Positions 33,185-46,805 of a stretch of DNA of 64,000 nucleotides are shown one piece after another. This DNA comes from Bigelowiella natans CCMP2755 (Eukaryota; Protista; Cercozoa), in contig ADNK01001076.1 of assembly GCA_000320545.1 (NCBI GenBank), forward strand, positions 193,139-257,138, in the 5' to 3' direction. A program made the translations under genes and the position numbers. Under the pieces are notes generated by a model that saw only the letters and a program-made list of their open reading frames with translations, did not search any database and had not been told where the DNA came from. Position 1 is the stretch's first letter. The number at the start of each line of letters is the position of its first letter.

Positions 33185-33649
33185 TCAACCGGTATCATCT
33201 ATCAACACGACCATTTTTTTTGTAATGTCCAGATGATGACAAAAATCAACGCTTGGCTTCTGACATCCTTTGATGTGAAAATTGACCACACTTCTGACCG
33301 ACACCCAATTATTATGAGCACATATTCCGGTCTTGTTTTGTGCTCGCATGCTAATTTTGTTTCTTGTTCTATGTGCATCAGAAGTAAAAGGTAGGATCAC
33401 ATTTCGAAACAAGCACGCCACCGGAAAATTCCCACTCGATTCAATGTTAGAATGGGCATTTTCCAAAAGGGCATAAGTAATTTGTGGATGAATGTCAAAA
33501 ATTTTGTTTGTGAAGCAAACACAATCATGCGTCAGTGCAAAGATGGCTTTAAACGCGGATGACTCGAAGTTCATTTGAATTGATCTGAGGTGCGCATGCA
33601 TGAGATGTGATCCGACTGTTTTCAATCGATGTGCGTGCAAAGTGGCCAC
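33185..33649 (-). pseudogene. Intronless degenerate coding relic, partly TA-eroded
   Basis: 154-aa F/N/I-rich ORF with one Tyr and excess His/Cys; broken frames continue toward 32.6 kb. Confidence 0.35.
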
Positions 33650-34850
33650 TCGATTCTAGCTTTATTTGCATGCGCGCGCCTGTCTAGCTGTCACACGCGG
33701 GGAATGCACGGTAGTAGGCATGGAGAGCAACCCAACCCAATCAAAATCGATGTGCACACAGATTCAGCACACCATGGAACAACCGCATGCTAACATGATG
33801 AGCTGAGCGAGCTGCATGCGATTGCGTGTCACGCGCGCATGAGCTATGCTAGTGAGTGCAAGAACATCGTAGTGCAACGCGTGCTTGCGAGTTATTAGCA
33901 GACAGCACACCTCTAGACCTCCCTTCTGCGCGATGTAGCGAATGTGGCTCAGCTAGACAAAGCCGTCTAGCCGGCGTCACAAACACGATCGACGGCCTGC
34001 GCCACACGCGTGAGCTGCGATTTGCGTGGTTGATGCATGTGAGTTTTCAAAGTCACTGTTCTGTTTGAAATGAATGGCATTCGTTCAGCGAAAATCACCA
34101 CTTCTAGACCTCCATTCGACTTGAACACGACTGAACATGACAGCACTCGAACGAACGTGGTACAGTGGCAACAGTGGACACACTCGGTGACGTCACGTTC
34201 AACTGTTCGCAATGCAAGCATGCAAGACACCTCTGACTTGCAGTGCACGAAACGCAGTGCCTCGAACTGGCTTCTGGCTTCAGTGAGGACCAACTGGTGA
34301 AGACCAGCAGATTTTGAAGTTGGCACACTGGCCATTGCTGAATTGTGGAGCAGTGTGACTGGCAGCAACGTGGCGGTGACACGAACAAAGCAACAACTCT
34401 GGACCTGCTCTGAGCAGGAACTCCTGAACTGGTGAAAGCTGCACCCATGCGACGGTCCACAGTCGGGTCGTCCGAGGGAGCACCAAGTGGGACTTCGGTT
34501 TTGCTGGAACCAGCCAGCCAGAAGCGTGAAAAAGGAGGAGCAGGCAGAAGAGCCAGGAACAAGCTAGACAAAGGTGCAAGAGCTAGAGAGGGCCACTCTC
34601 ACACTTGAGAAAAATCTGTTCCTCACAGAAGCAATGAAACAATGATGATGAACTGCATTTCCAAAGTGTTGCAAGACATTTGCAGTGTGCGAAACGCAGT
34701 GCCTCGAACTAGCTTTGGTGAGGTCCAACTGGAGAATCCAGGAGGCATTTGACAGCATCTTGAGTGAAATCAGGGTGCGCACCGTCCACATCTCTCTCAA
34801 GTCTCCTGCGCATGTCAGGAGATGTGCATGCATCTCGGGATGATCTCGGG
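33600..34850. other. TpA-depleted repeat block
   Basis: 33961-34850 contains 5 CTAG and 1 GTAC as the only TAs; shares a repeat family with 12.0-12.9 kb. Confidence 0.9.
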
Positions 34851-34884
34851 ATAATCTCGGGTTAATCTCGGAAATTATCAGGAT

Positions 34885-36444
34885 ATGCAGACTACGGGCA
34901 GGGGCAAACCAATGCCTTGGTTGCTGGACCTGCTCTTCTTGCTTCTTACATTTCAGATCTTCAAAACTACAGCGGAACCCTGCAGAATAACCAGCAGAGT
35001 TCGTCTTCCGATAAGAAGGTCGACTCTGCATTCGCTGGAAAACTCAAGGCCACCTACTTTTCCGGGGAAATCACACTTGTTCGTGAAGGACGAACCCTAT
35101 CCATTTAAGAGAAAGTTTTCGGAGCTATGCATTGGAGCAGCAGGAATAATTTGCGCAGTCATGTTAGCAAACGCGCCAATTGCAGATGCAGTTGAGACTT
35201 TCCAGATAGAAAATGTCCGCCCATCATACAAAGGCTACCAATCGACCTCTGGAGGAGTCAAAGCTTTGGTGCAGGTCTAAAATGTATGTTTATCGGAGAT
35301 GAGCTCCACCTAAATTTATAGTTTTAGGGACTAACAGATCTTACCAATGCTATCGGCCTAGGGAAGGCAACTTATGCTGATGGTGCGGCCAACGAGGACA
35401 TAGACCACAACTACTCGCAACTTACTCCCACAGGATTGCGAGATGTGATCGAGGCAGACTTCAGAGTAACAAAGTTTCACTTTCTTTCGATAATTCCGTG
35501 ACGCTAGAATTTTTGAATTCCAGGAAAGAAACTATTTATGGACGGGAAGACTGACAACTTTCGCCTATGGACGAGATTGCGTCTTCACAGACCCTACCCT
35601 CACATTCACAGGGGTAATAATTATTTTGCAACAACATCATCATCGAAACACAAATGGGTTAACACTAATTTTCCTAAAATTACACAGGTCGACACTTTCA
35701 AGCGGAACCTTGCCAATCTGAGCCCTGCAATCGATGCATTAGTTGAGAACCCAACCACTAGGCTCTTTAAAATCGAACTCAAGGTTGGGCATTCGTCGAT
35801 ACATTTTAGAAAAGATTTTTGTCTTGCGACACGACCACGATGCGGCAGAAAAAAGTTAATTACACTTGTATTTCTCAATCTATTTTACCACTTGGGAGTT
35901 CTTGGGGCTATGTTCCGTGCAGCACACACTTTGTCGCCTTTGATCCACCTTTATTTGAGATGACGAGGACCACTTGTATTTTCAGGAGGAACAGGATCAA
36001 ATCATTGCGGAGTGGGAGATGGAAGGTCGCATTCGTCTGCCATGGAGACCAAGAATTAAGCTTCAAGGTTTGAACAAATTTTGAAACGATAGTTTTTTTT
36101 TCACGGCAATGTTTGGTGACAGGAGAAACGAGATACACGTTTTCACCATCTTTGAGAAACAAGGTAGAGGCCTCCACGAATCTCCAAGGATGAACTACAT
36201 CGAAATCAAAGAACAAAAGCACGCATCACATGAGCGCACTGCGCACATCTAAATCGAAATTTACGCGAAGGATATCACACACCAATTTGAAGGCAATTTC
36301 TTTTGTTGTTACAAACGCACACATTCCATGGATTTGTAACAGTTGAAATTACAGATAGTAAGATATGACGAGAGTTGGGGAATCACGGCTGGAGAAGCAC
36401 TCAAACAGATTCTGACCCCCGTCACAGCGCAGCAATCATGGTAG
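34885..36444 (+). CDS. DUF2358 (SnoaL/NTF2-like) plastid protein, multi-exon
   Basis: RNYLWTGRLTTFAYGRDCVFTDPTLTFTG|VDTFKRNL..|IIAEWEMEGRIRLPWRPRIKLQG|ETRYTFS..K|IVRYDESWGITAGEALKQILTP; N-terminal signal peptide plus transit-like region. Confidence 0.8.
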
Positions 36445-36553
36445 ATAATAGACATACGTATATATATTATACATACTGTGTCTAGCATCTGACAGTCTGC
36501 GATTACACAAATGAACTTGCACGAGGAAACCAAACGCATCGCAAGGCCGCAAG

Positions 36554-36589
<36 letters not shown>

Positions 36590-36592
<3 letters not shown>

Positions 36593-37200
36593 AGAAAACA
36601 CCATTGGGCAATTTCATCTACTGACATCACGGGGGTTTCACTTCCTTCATTGTCGCAATCTGTGTCATACAAATGCACATTCATCTCGTGCTGCAATCAA
36701 CTGCTCCTAATTTTTGCATCGCACAGCATGCATGAACACAGCCAAATCACCTTGCACTGTAAGACGGATGCAATGAATCAAATTGAATTTGGTCAATGGT
36801 CATCCTCATGTAGCTGTAAATGTTGTAGCACAACACACCATCATGTCTAGCTAGCTAGGCTAGCTAGCATTGTCCGCGCTATCTAGCTGTGGCCGCCGCT
36901 TTGCACAGCTACGCATATCAGGATGATGCTTGAAAACACGCAATCATTTCGTCTGCATCCGGCTCAGACTGTGAGACGGACACATGCGATGCGATGAATC
37001 GAACAAATTCAGCATCGCAACCAATAAATCAAATTCGTTCAGCCTCACATTACTGCTAGCATAGCATGCGCTCACACGACATGCACACACACACACACAC
37101 ACATGTTGCATGCTGGCATCCTCAAGGGAATGACACGCTGTAGCTGATTCTTTGCACAGCTGCATATTGGGATGACAATTGAAAGTGTTTGTGATCATTC
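36590..37200. other. Partially TpA-depleted repeat block
   Basis: TG/CA-rich; a (CTAG)n run survives at 36847-36868; 43-bp repeat shared with 50491-50533. Confidence 0.7.
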
Positions 37201-37599
37201 ATGACATCCGACCTACACGCATGTTGTACATAGCTACATGTACCATGAGTTTTAGGATTGAAACACGCACGCGTGAATCCAGGGGTAATGTGCGGTGAAC
37301 ATACAATGTACTGTAATCATGGTTAATGATATTAACAAGGCGATAATAATAACATACACGTAATAAAGTATATTGAAACATAGGCCATCTTTCTACGTCT
37401 CATTATTAGCATATTCGTCTATTTGTCTATATTCTGCCCATCCTAATTCCAAATTTTCTCCTGTGATTCTCCCTTGAAGCTACTACTATATTTGTCAACC
37501 AATTGCTCACAACGAATTACATTGCATAACACTCCCTCATCAGTTCCACACAAGATCTCTCTCTACAACTTCAATTATAAATTAAAAAAATTATCTTCT

Positions 37600-38021
37600 T
37601 TTCAGGATTACTATTTACACGGAAAATGATATGGACAAGGGGGGTGCCTTCATCAATCTTGTGCTGGCTAATAACTGACTACTGCGATGTAGATTTGAAT
37701 TCAAACCCTAGTGTAACTAACTTACCACAGAAAAATAATCGACGTCACCATCATCATCATCATCATTTTCTCTACTACTACTTTTAACTAACCACTGGCT
37801 ATCCACAGCCGACAGAGCACCTTTTTGTTCTAAACTCCGCAGTTGCTCTTTGAATATCTCATGAGCTCAGTGTGTAATTTTTAAAACCATTCCTTCTTTA
37901 ATGATGAAGTTGGTGTTGCTGATGAAGATGATAGAACTTGGCTAGTGCTGCAGCAAGGACGTGTGTAGTGGGAAGGGTATTTATAGTCTTACTCTCATCC
38001 TCTACTGCCACTTTTGTCTTC

Positions 38022-38053
<32 letters not shown>

Positions 38054-38142
38054 CCAACTACTGAGGGAGGCGGGCAATACCTTCTTGACCAGTGTCATTG
38101 CATCCGATGATTGTACCGATAACGATGACGATGACGATGGTA

Positions 38143-38173
<31 letters not shown>

Positions 38174-38731
38174 GACTATTCCAGGTTCTCCTTTCCCACT
38201 TCCTCCTTCTCGTAGTACCTCACCACCAAATTGTTGTTGTTGTTGCTGTTCTCTCTCCAACTGCTGCAATATTGCCAACGCCAGCAATTCATATGTTACA
38301 GAAGTGGGGTTTAAACCCAGTCTTGGCATGATTTTCGTGACAATATGTTGGGACCCAAGCCAAGCTTCTGATTCTTCTGCCTTGTTGCAACTACGGAGAG
38401 CCTACGACGTACAACAACAACAACAAGAAGAAGAAGAAGAAGAGAAATAAAAATGGGCAGGAAGAATAAAAGGACGAACAACTCACTTTTTTTGTCTTTT
38501 TTACTCATGGAAAAAACGAGATGATTAAGGCGAGGTTTTCGATCGTTAACGTCAAGAGAAAACATGAAGAGGAGGAAAGAAATTAACACTCCCTTGGTCT
38601 TTTTCCCTGGTAAGTAAATATTAATATTCTCACTTTTGTCATTATTATTATTATCATTATTATTATTATTATAATTACTACCGAATGTATAGATTGAAGA
38701 GTGAAATGGTGAGCGGGGACTTTAAGTGATA

Positions 38732-38765
<34 letters not shown>

Positions 38766-39393
38766 CGATGAATAACGAGACAGTGACGGTGCTGATACTA
38801 CTGCTGATGAATGCGAAGGCGATAGTAACAGTGATGAAGATGATGCTTTCTCGTTAGTTTGGGAGTCTTGGCTTTGTTTTGAGGTGCTGTCCGCTGCAGC
38901 TTGCTTTTTCCCCCCTTGTTCTTGTTCTTGTTCTTCTATTTGTATTGGGTTGTCGTCGAGAAATGCTACTGCTTGTTTCCATTCCTGAGAGGCTTCTAGA
39001 GCGTGCATCTAAAGAGAAGTCAATATTATTACTCTTATAAAATTATGTTGTTGTTGTTGTTGTTGTTGATGATGATGATGATAATGGGGAAGAAAATTTC
39101 GAAGGATAAATGAAGAAAGAGCATCATTGGATGAACAGGTAGTAGTAAACGACGTCGCGATCATCATCATTATCATCATCATCATCATCATTAGTCACAC
39201 TCACATACTACCATACTGAGCACGGCTTTGGAGTCAGGTCCTCCTCCTCCTCCTCTTTCTTTTTCCATCTCGAGCATCATTCTCTGAAATATCTTTAGAG
39301 ATTGTTCCCATCGACCCAATCTTCCTGCTAGCTGAATGGCTGCTGTGCGGACTACACGTGCATCTGCAGCAGCACCTACTGCACTGCTACTCT

Positions 39394-39425
<32 letters not shown>

Positions 39426-42242
39426 TGATAATTATGTTGTTGTTGACGCCGACGACCAACATTATTTCCACTTGGACTGTTTTTGTTGTTGTTGTCGTTA
39501 TTGTGTCGTCTTTTGTGATTTTGATCGCCAAGGCGGTGATGCTTGTTTTCAAACTGCTGCTCACTGTCTTTTCTCACCGCAGTAGAGGAGGATGAGGAGG
39601 ATGAGGAGAATGGGTCAAATATATAGTTATTCTGTTTGTTGCTGGTGGTGGTGCTGGTGGTGGTATGATGATCTTCTTCGAACCATTGATATACCTCTAG
39701 TGCATCCTCGTAGAGACCGTGTGATGATAATGCCTGAGACAATAGGAATGTTAGTAATAACAATTATCATAATAAGAAATGAAGATAACGAATGACGAAA
39801 GATGATAGGGATTGCCGTAGGAGGAGAAGGAAGTGAAAGGAAGATGAGGAGACTACAAAGTATGTTGTGTGATGTACCATTATGTTATGATAATGACGAT
39901 AATGGGTATGAGATTTTGGTGACGACGTCAATGACGACAATATACATTAACTGAAATCAAATTTATGGTTCTTTCCTAAAAAACATCATCATCATCATGA
40001 TCATCATCATCATCATCATCCCAAAGATGATTAAGAAGTGAAGTAGTCACTCTCTTCTTCTTCTTCTTCTTCTTCATCTTCTTCTAGCACAAACCTTCAT
40101 AGTAAGTGAGTAGGTGTAGGCGTCCATGGTGCTAGTACAGCTACTGCTACTGCTACTGCTGCTGCTGCTGCTACTACTACTCCTTAGGTATCTTAGCATC
40201 TCTTTGGCCTCCCTTCCTGTGCAGCTGTTTCCTCCTCCTCCTCCTCCTCCTCCTCCTCCTCCCTCTTCGCAAGCAAGTACACGCATGAGTGCATTGAGAG
40301 CTTCTGTTTTGGTTTCAGCATATCGTTTTTGTCCCTGTCCGTCAAGAAGAGGCGGTAGTAAATGTATTGCTTCTTTTGCCAACCTTGCAAGGGAAGGAGA
40401 TAGTGTCTGAGGAAGTGCGGCACTGCTGGTGGAAGAAGAAGATGATGATGGTGATGATGGTGATGATGATAATGGCAATGAAGAGGAGCTTCGTTGCTTA
40501 AGGCGTGCATAAACAGCAGCAGCAAGGGCAGGATGTCCCCCTCTTCCAGATACTACTTCGCTGCTTTCTCCAGCAGCAGATGTGATTGAGGAGGAGGAGG
40601 AGGAGGAGGAGGAGGAGGAGGAGGGGGAGCAGGAATTGATGACCTCCACGTAAGTCGTAGTATCAGGTGTAAGGGCATGTTCTGATAGCTTCCATAGCAC
40701 TTTGAGTGCCTTGTCCCATTCTCCATTGCGCGCATAGCACTTAAGCAGCCCGTTATATATCACTGTATTCGGTTTCACGGTAGCTGCAGCAGCAGATTCT
40801 TTAATAAGCCTTTCCGCTATATCGGCACGATTGTTATTTGAGAGAGCTAATACGACCGCACCTAAGGCTTTGACATCTGCAGCAGCACTACTCAACCCCT
40901 TTCTTTTTGTTGTTGTTATAGTCTCCTGAAGATAATTGGTAATATGATGAGTAAGTGAGGGAAGGCTGTACACGACGACGACGAAAACACGGTAATATTA
41001 CGGATAATAATTGCTAAAACCGTAGGAAGAGAAGAAGAAAAAAAGGAAATAGTGCGGGTTTGTTGCTGCTGCAGATAATGATGATGACGATAATGATGAG
41101 AAGAAGGGGAGGAGGAGGAAAGGAGAAGAGTCATCAGACACGACGACAAACTCTTGCGCTGAAATTTATTCGGTAAGAAATGACAATCAAAATAATAGAG
41201 ATTATGATACACAAAGTCGTTGATGTATATTTGTGCATCACCTCTTTGGCATAATTATTGTTGTTTCTCCTGCTCCTTTCAGATGATGATGAAAGGTGTA
41301 ATTTTCTGTTGGCGTGAATACTCTCAAGAGATCGGTACGTTTGCAGTGCCTTAACAAGAAAAGAAAGGTGAGAGGTGGAGGTGAGCAGGAATTTAGGACA
41401 ATAACTTTTATTTCTCGAAATAATTAATTATGAGGAAAGCTAGCATATAAATATTATGTTGACAGTATTGATTAGGATGATGATGATGATCAGCATACCG
41501 ATTCCCAGTCGCCCTTCTCCGCGTAGATAGGTATCATGGCTGTAAGAGTTACAGCATTTGCGGATATGCCTTCTTGTCTCATCCTCATATACACTCTCCT
41601 TGCTGCATCAGGCTGGCCATTTTGCACACAAGCTGTGATCATTGTGGAATATGTGTACACGTCTGGCTGCGATGAAGCTTCTCGCATCAATCCCGCAACA
41701 CCAAGTGCACGTTTCCACATGCCTCCTCTTGACATTGCATGTGCAAAGGCATTGAAGACGTAGGGAGAGATAATGACCTCGTGTTGATGACCACCATCAC
41801 AGTGATCTTCAAAGTATTTCAACGCATGCTCCCAGACACGCGCCTTAGCACATGCAGAGAGTACCTAAATCGTTATAAAGATAACATCATATTTATGTTT
41901 TTACTTCTTCTGGATATATGGATGGTAAGAGCATTGATGGTGAGATTGTAAAATCCACAAAAAGAGGATATGATACCGATGAATGTGAATAACTGTCTGG
42001 CGTCAGGCTTGGTCTCTTTCTTGCCATTTTTCTCATCTCCTTAGCGAGCTGTAGCGCTTGAAACCATTGCCCAGACTAAGTGATAAATGTGGTATTATTA
42101 TCAGAGTTTGTAAGAATAGTGGTGGTGGTAGTAGCAGTAGTAGTATTAATAGCAGTAGGGAACAACGATAACTACAACACCTACTGCTGCTACCAGCTAA
42201 TACTGCTGTCACACTACACAGCATGTTTACTACTACTACTGT

Positions 42243-42275
<33 letters not shown>

Positions 42276-43504
42276 GTCGGTCCCATAACCTTGGCAAGAG
42301 CAGCGAGAGCTGCATTATAGGCAAATAGATCGGGGGAAGGCAGCCTCCTCCTTTCATTGTCGATCTCTTCCTCCTGCTGCTGCTGCTGCTTCTTCTTCTC
42401 TCCCTTCTTAACTCCTCTCCCTATCTTCGGAGTGGTCATAATCCCACGCAAAGTTCGCAATGCGGCTGCCCAATGCCCCCTTTTCCCGTGCTCGACGATC
42501 AGTTGTGTGTGCTTTTTCATCATCATCTCCTCATTGTAAAACGCAACAGCTCCTCCTGCTCCTATTGCTGTGGTTTCCTCCTCTTGACTCTTCCTCAGTA
42601 TTCCTTCCCTCGTACTACTACTACTACTACTACTACTACTTCCACTAATAACCTCTCTTCTAACATTGTTGGTCCTACTACTGAGGATGCTGCTGCTGCT
42701 GCTACCACCAACCCCCGGAGGCTGGTAATTGTTGCGAGGAAGATTTGGAGATAATGATGATGATGAGCCAACAACTCGAGTAGGTGGCGATGATGATGAT
42801 GAGGATGATGATGATGATGATGATGGTGATACTGATGCACCTCTTCTTCTAAAACCCACTACTCCCCTGCCCCCTCTTGTGCCCCCCCCCTTTAACTTTT
42901 GATCAATCCATGTTGCAGAGGAAGAAGTAAGAGTGCTACTATCTTGGCTACTTCTGGTACTGGTGGAGTAAGCAGTATCTGATTCTTCTTTATTCTCAGT
43001 CCCACTTATGTTAGGAACACCATTATGAAAATTTCGGCGGTTAGTTCCTTGGGTCGCATTTGGTTTCGAATCTGAGGAACGTGGTTCCCACATTTGCCGG
43101 CGACGACCCGATGTGGAAGAAAAGGAAGAAGAATCCATTAGTCCTCCTCCCATAGCCATAGCCGAGGGGGGGGGTGGAGCAGTTCGAGGAGGAGGAGGAG
43201 GAGGAGGAGGAGGACGATTGGACTCACTTCCTTGCTGCTGGTGGACGTGTGGCTTTGTAGTGCGAAAGAAAGGATGGTGCGGATGGGATGTTTTTAGGAA
43301 GACACTGTGATGATGATGATGGTGATGATTGTGATCATCTTCCTTCTCTTCTTCTACTACACCACTTCCTGTCGCCTCCTGTTTGGTTGTGTATGCTGCA
43401 TTAAGATCTTCCTTCGCCATGACTTGAGGTTGTCCCTATTATTATCATATTTATTATCGGTTAGTTAATAAATAAAACTATGGGTTTACTAATCGTAATA
43501 GTTG

Positions 43505-43542
<38 letters not shown>

Positions 43543-43996
43543 GGGTGCGTGGTAGTATCGATCTTCTCACAAATTTCGGTACTCTAGTAGGACATGCGTC
43601 AAGATCCATTATTCATGTGGGGGTTGGTTATTGTGTCATGTATCTCGTACGTGAACAAGCACATCATCCGGAGTATGTGCTACTTGACGCCTTGTTGGCG
43701 GGTGTGAGTCCACGAGCCCATAGATTTGATGATGCTTCCCAAAATTACCACCAGCACAAGGCGTATTCTTGTGTCCCGGAAAAAGATTCTCACTCTTTAA
43801 TCGGGCTGCTGTATCATCAGCACCTTTCCGACTAAGAGATAAGAGGGAATAATGAACGAATCACAACTACAAATTTAGCTCCCCCCCCTTCCCCCACACA
43901 ACCAAAAATTTCAAATTAGTCTACGCTATTTCACACAAGTTGCAGGGTAACACATGGCTACTGTAACAGAACATGATGATTCGGTTTCTCGCAGAT

Positions 43997-44036
<40 letters not shown>

Positions 44037-44521
44037 GTTTCTTTTTCTTTGACATCGCATTTTTTTCTAGAAAATTTCGGTTTCTATAAATCACATGGAT
44101 TGGACCTGGAAAAGATGGCGATTATGTTTGGGCGAGCGGGACGGGTCGCGGAGCTCAATGCTGTGTTGCTACGGATGAACGGTGAATGTCTGTGCTTTGA
44201 AGCGAAGTACCTCTGGCTCACATTAGAACTCGAAGGAGCATCAAGAATTATAAAACATAGAGATATGAATGCCACGATCAGGCCCGGTATCAGCACCGGA
44301 CAAGATGAAGATGGCAATAGCCGGATTTCGGAGTTAAAAAGTGGCACGTGGTTGATATATTCCGATAATTTGTCTCGTAGCTTTGACCCCTCAGGTTTCC
44401 TGCTATCCCCGAACCAGCCCCATCCCGTGAGTCCACGAGTGGCTCGCATCATCACGTAATGCCAGGTAAGAGTGGCACAGAACGAGCGAGGGATTGGTGG
44501 TGCTAAGCCTTTGTTCCGCAA
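37600..44521 (-). CDS. Pentatricopeptide repeat (PPR) protein, probably organelle-targeted, multi-exon; both ends approximate
   Basis: PPR motifs PDVYTYSTMITACVQNGQPDAARRVYMRMRQEGISAN, KPNTVIYNGLLKCYARNGEWDKALKVLWKL, PDLFAYNAALAALAK. ORF 44084..44521 has a hydrophobic segment plus S/R-rich leader that may be exon 1. Confidence 0.8.
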
Positions 44522-45334
44522 TTTCTAGAGTCTAAATGTTTGAACATAAATTGACGAAGAATGAAAACCCTTTGTCATTCTATACGAAATATTTGGCATA
44601 TTCATGTCGTAAGTATAATATGAACGCCTCATTCCCTCAAAGAACTTTTAATTTATGTCTTAGTCCTCCATTCAGTTTGTCCTGGCTTGTCGTATATGCT
44701 GACAATTTTGCGATGGAAAGGCAGTAATCTTTATGACGTATCCCAAAAACATAATCAGTTCTCCTTTTTTTTTGGTTGTCGCAATATTTGTATTTATGTA
44801 CGTTTGCTTGTCGTTCTACTTCCGCCACTGCGATGTAAGATCAAAATATTATGCTGTTCACCATGGGGCTGAAGCGTTTTGGAGGTCAACGGCAAGAAAA
44901 GCTGGGAATCATCACATATAACCAGCTCGGATTTGCAGATTTAGTCGGTTGAAATGTTAAAATACGTAGTAAAATCTTCTGACAGAACAATGAGAATATG
45001 ATTGAAATTGAACGGCTTCTCTTGTAAAATATTGATGATCATCATCATCCGATGACAAGAGGCGATTTTCACGGTAATTTCATTAGATCTACGTTGTCAT
45101 ATTACGAGATCTCATTTTCCAAAAATCCCACCTGGGAAAAACTCATGACAATGAATACGAGAGCACAGGATCAAGCAAGAACATGCAAATAACAGAGTTT
45201 GAAGTCCACAAGTCTACCCTTCTCCGTCCTTCTTCTTCTTTGTACGGCAGGCAGTACATCTAGGCTATTTGAGGAAGAAGACAAAAGGAGGAGAATTTGT
45301 GTGTTGCGTCAACAATGTCATGCTATTTTTCAAA

Positions 45335-46012
45335 ATGCTTCGCTCCTACAATAAGAGCAATGGCGTCCCCAGAAGAAGCTTGTGGTGGCTCGTTGGACTC
45401 GGAACCCTGATCGCATCCGTTCTGATTTTTAAAATAGCTATATCACAAGAGGGTAATAAACTATTTTTTGATTCTTGCATTGAATGTGCCTAATGGGATG
45501 ATGAGACTGGAAACTTCTTTTACAACCTAAATGCTTTCGCATGACTTCATGTACGAGCACGCATGGTTATGTATGCTGCTGAGAAAGTTCATACCTCGGG
45601 GGTAATAAAAAGTAGCTTATGTAAATGCTACATATTTCATGCGATTGTGTCACGACGATTCTGGTAGAATTTGCTATAACAAGAAGAAGTAGCATTAGAT
45701 TGAATACAATCATTTTTGAAAACTGTTGCGAGATTGCAGACCTTAGAGCGTAGAATGAAAAATATTATCATTTTGTTATGCCCAATACTAGCCATCGGAC
45801 TTTCTGCGCCCTCAAATATTGCCAACAGCGGCCAACGGGTACCCCTTGCTTCTGGTTTCAAGAAACACCAATTACAACGTAGCAGCAGCAGGAATAGTCC
45901 AAGAAGATGTTCCCTTCCACGTGTGTATGCATCTGCTACGATACCTGCAGATAAGAAGCGGGTATAGCTTAGCTTGTTATGATGATTTCACCCTACATGC
46001 TCCTTGTTAGTG

Positions 46013-46050
<38 letters not shown>

Positions 46051-46765
46051 AGGGGAGGGTAGAGGGGTACTTGATGCTTTTTATTCTCTCCAATAAGATA
46101 TTTTAAATTGTACTTGATGCTTTTTATTCTCGCCAATAAGATATTTTAAATTGTACTTGATGCTTTTTATTCTCCCCAATAAGGTATTTTAAACTTATTT
46201 TCCCTCCTTTTGCACTTTAATCTCTTTTGATACTCTTCTGTTATTCATTTGATGCTGTAAGGTTACCGTTGTGGGCGGCACAGGATACATTGGAAAGTTC
46301 GTCGTAAACGAGCTCGCAAATAGAGGGTGTGTGTTGTTGTTTAGTGTTGTCTTTTATGGAACAAAATAAAGAGGGTGCAAGTCAGTTTAGTTTTTTGTGA
46401 ATGTAAACTGATGATCAACTGCTATCTCAAATCTAGAGGAAGGAGAAATTGCAGAAGATACGATCAGAATTAGGAATAGCTGATTAATTCAATAGTTAGT
46501 GAAAATAAGGGTTGCTTCGATGCACCAAATGCAGAATCCATAGTTTCATCTCTCTTTTCTTCTTTCACTCGATTGATAGGTACGATGTCACGGCTATCGT
46601 TCGAGAGCGGTATACTACTACGATATCATAATCGATGAGAAATCTTCGAGAGGATTAGATATTTTCATTGGGTCGCTCTTTGTTTTGCACCACAAACGGC
46701 AAGTGTTGAGTGGTGGTATGTGTATACGTGGGGAGGGGGGCAGGGGGGTGGGGGGGCATTTGGCT

Positions 46766-46805
<40 letters not shown>

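Noticed and set aside
45716-45791. [12 protein letters not shown] as DVR start
   Set aside because: An upstream exon (45335-45452) with a better signal peptide splices in phase to 45792, though the internal ATG cannot be fully excluded.
46067-46193. CRISPR-like array
   Set aside because: Head-to-tail 43-bp repeats without spacers, inside a eukaryotic intron, with no cas genes.
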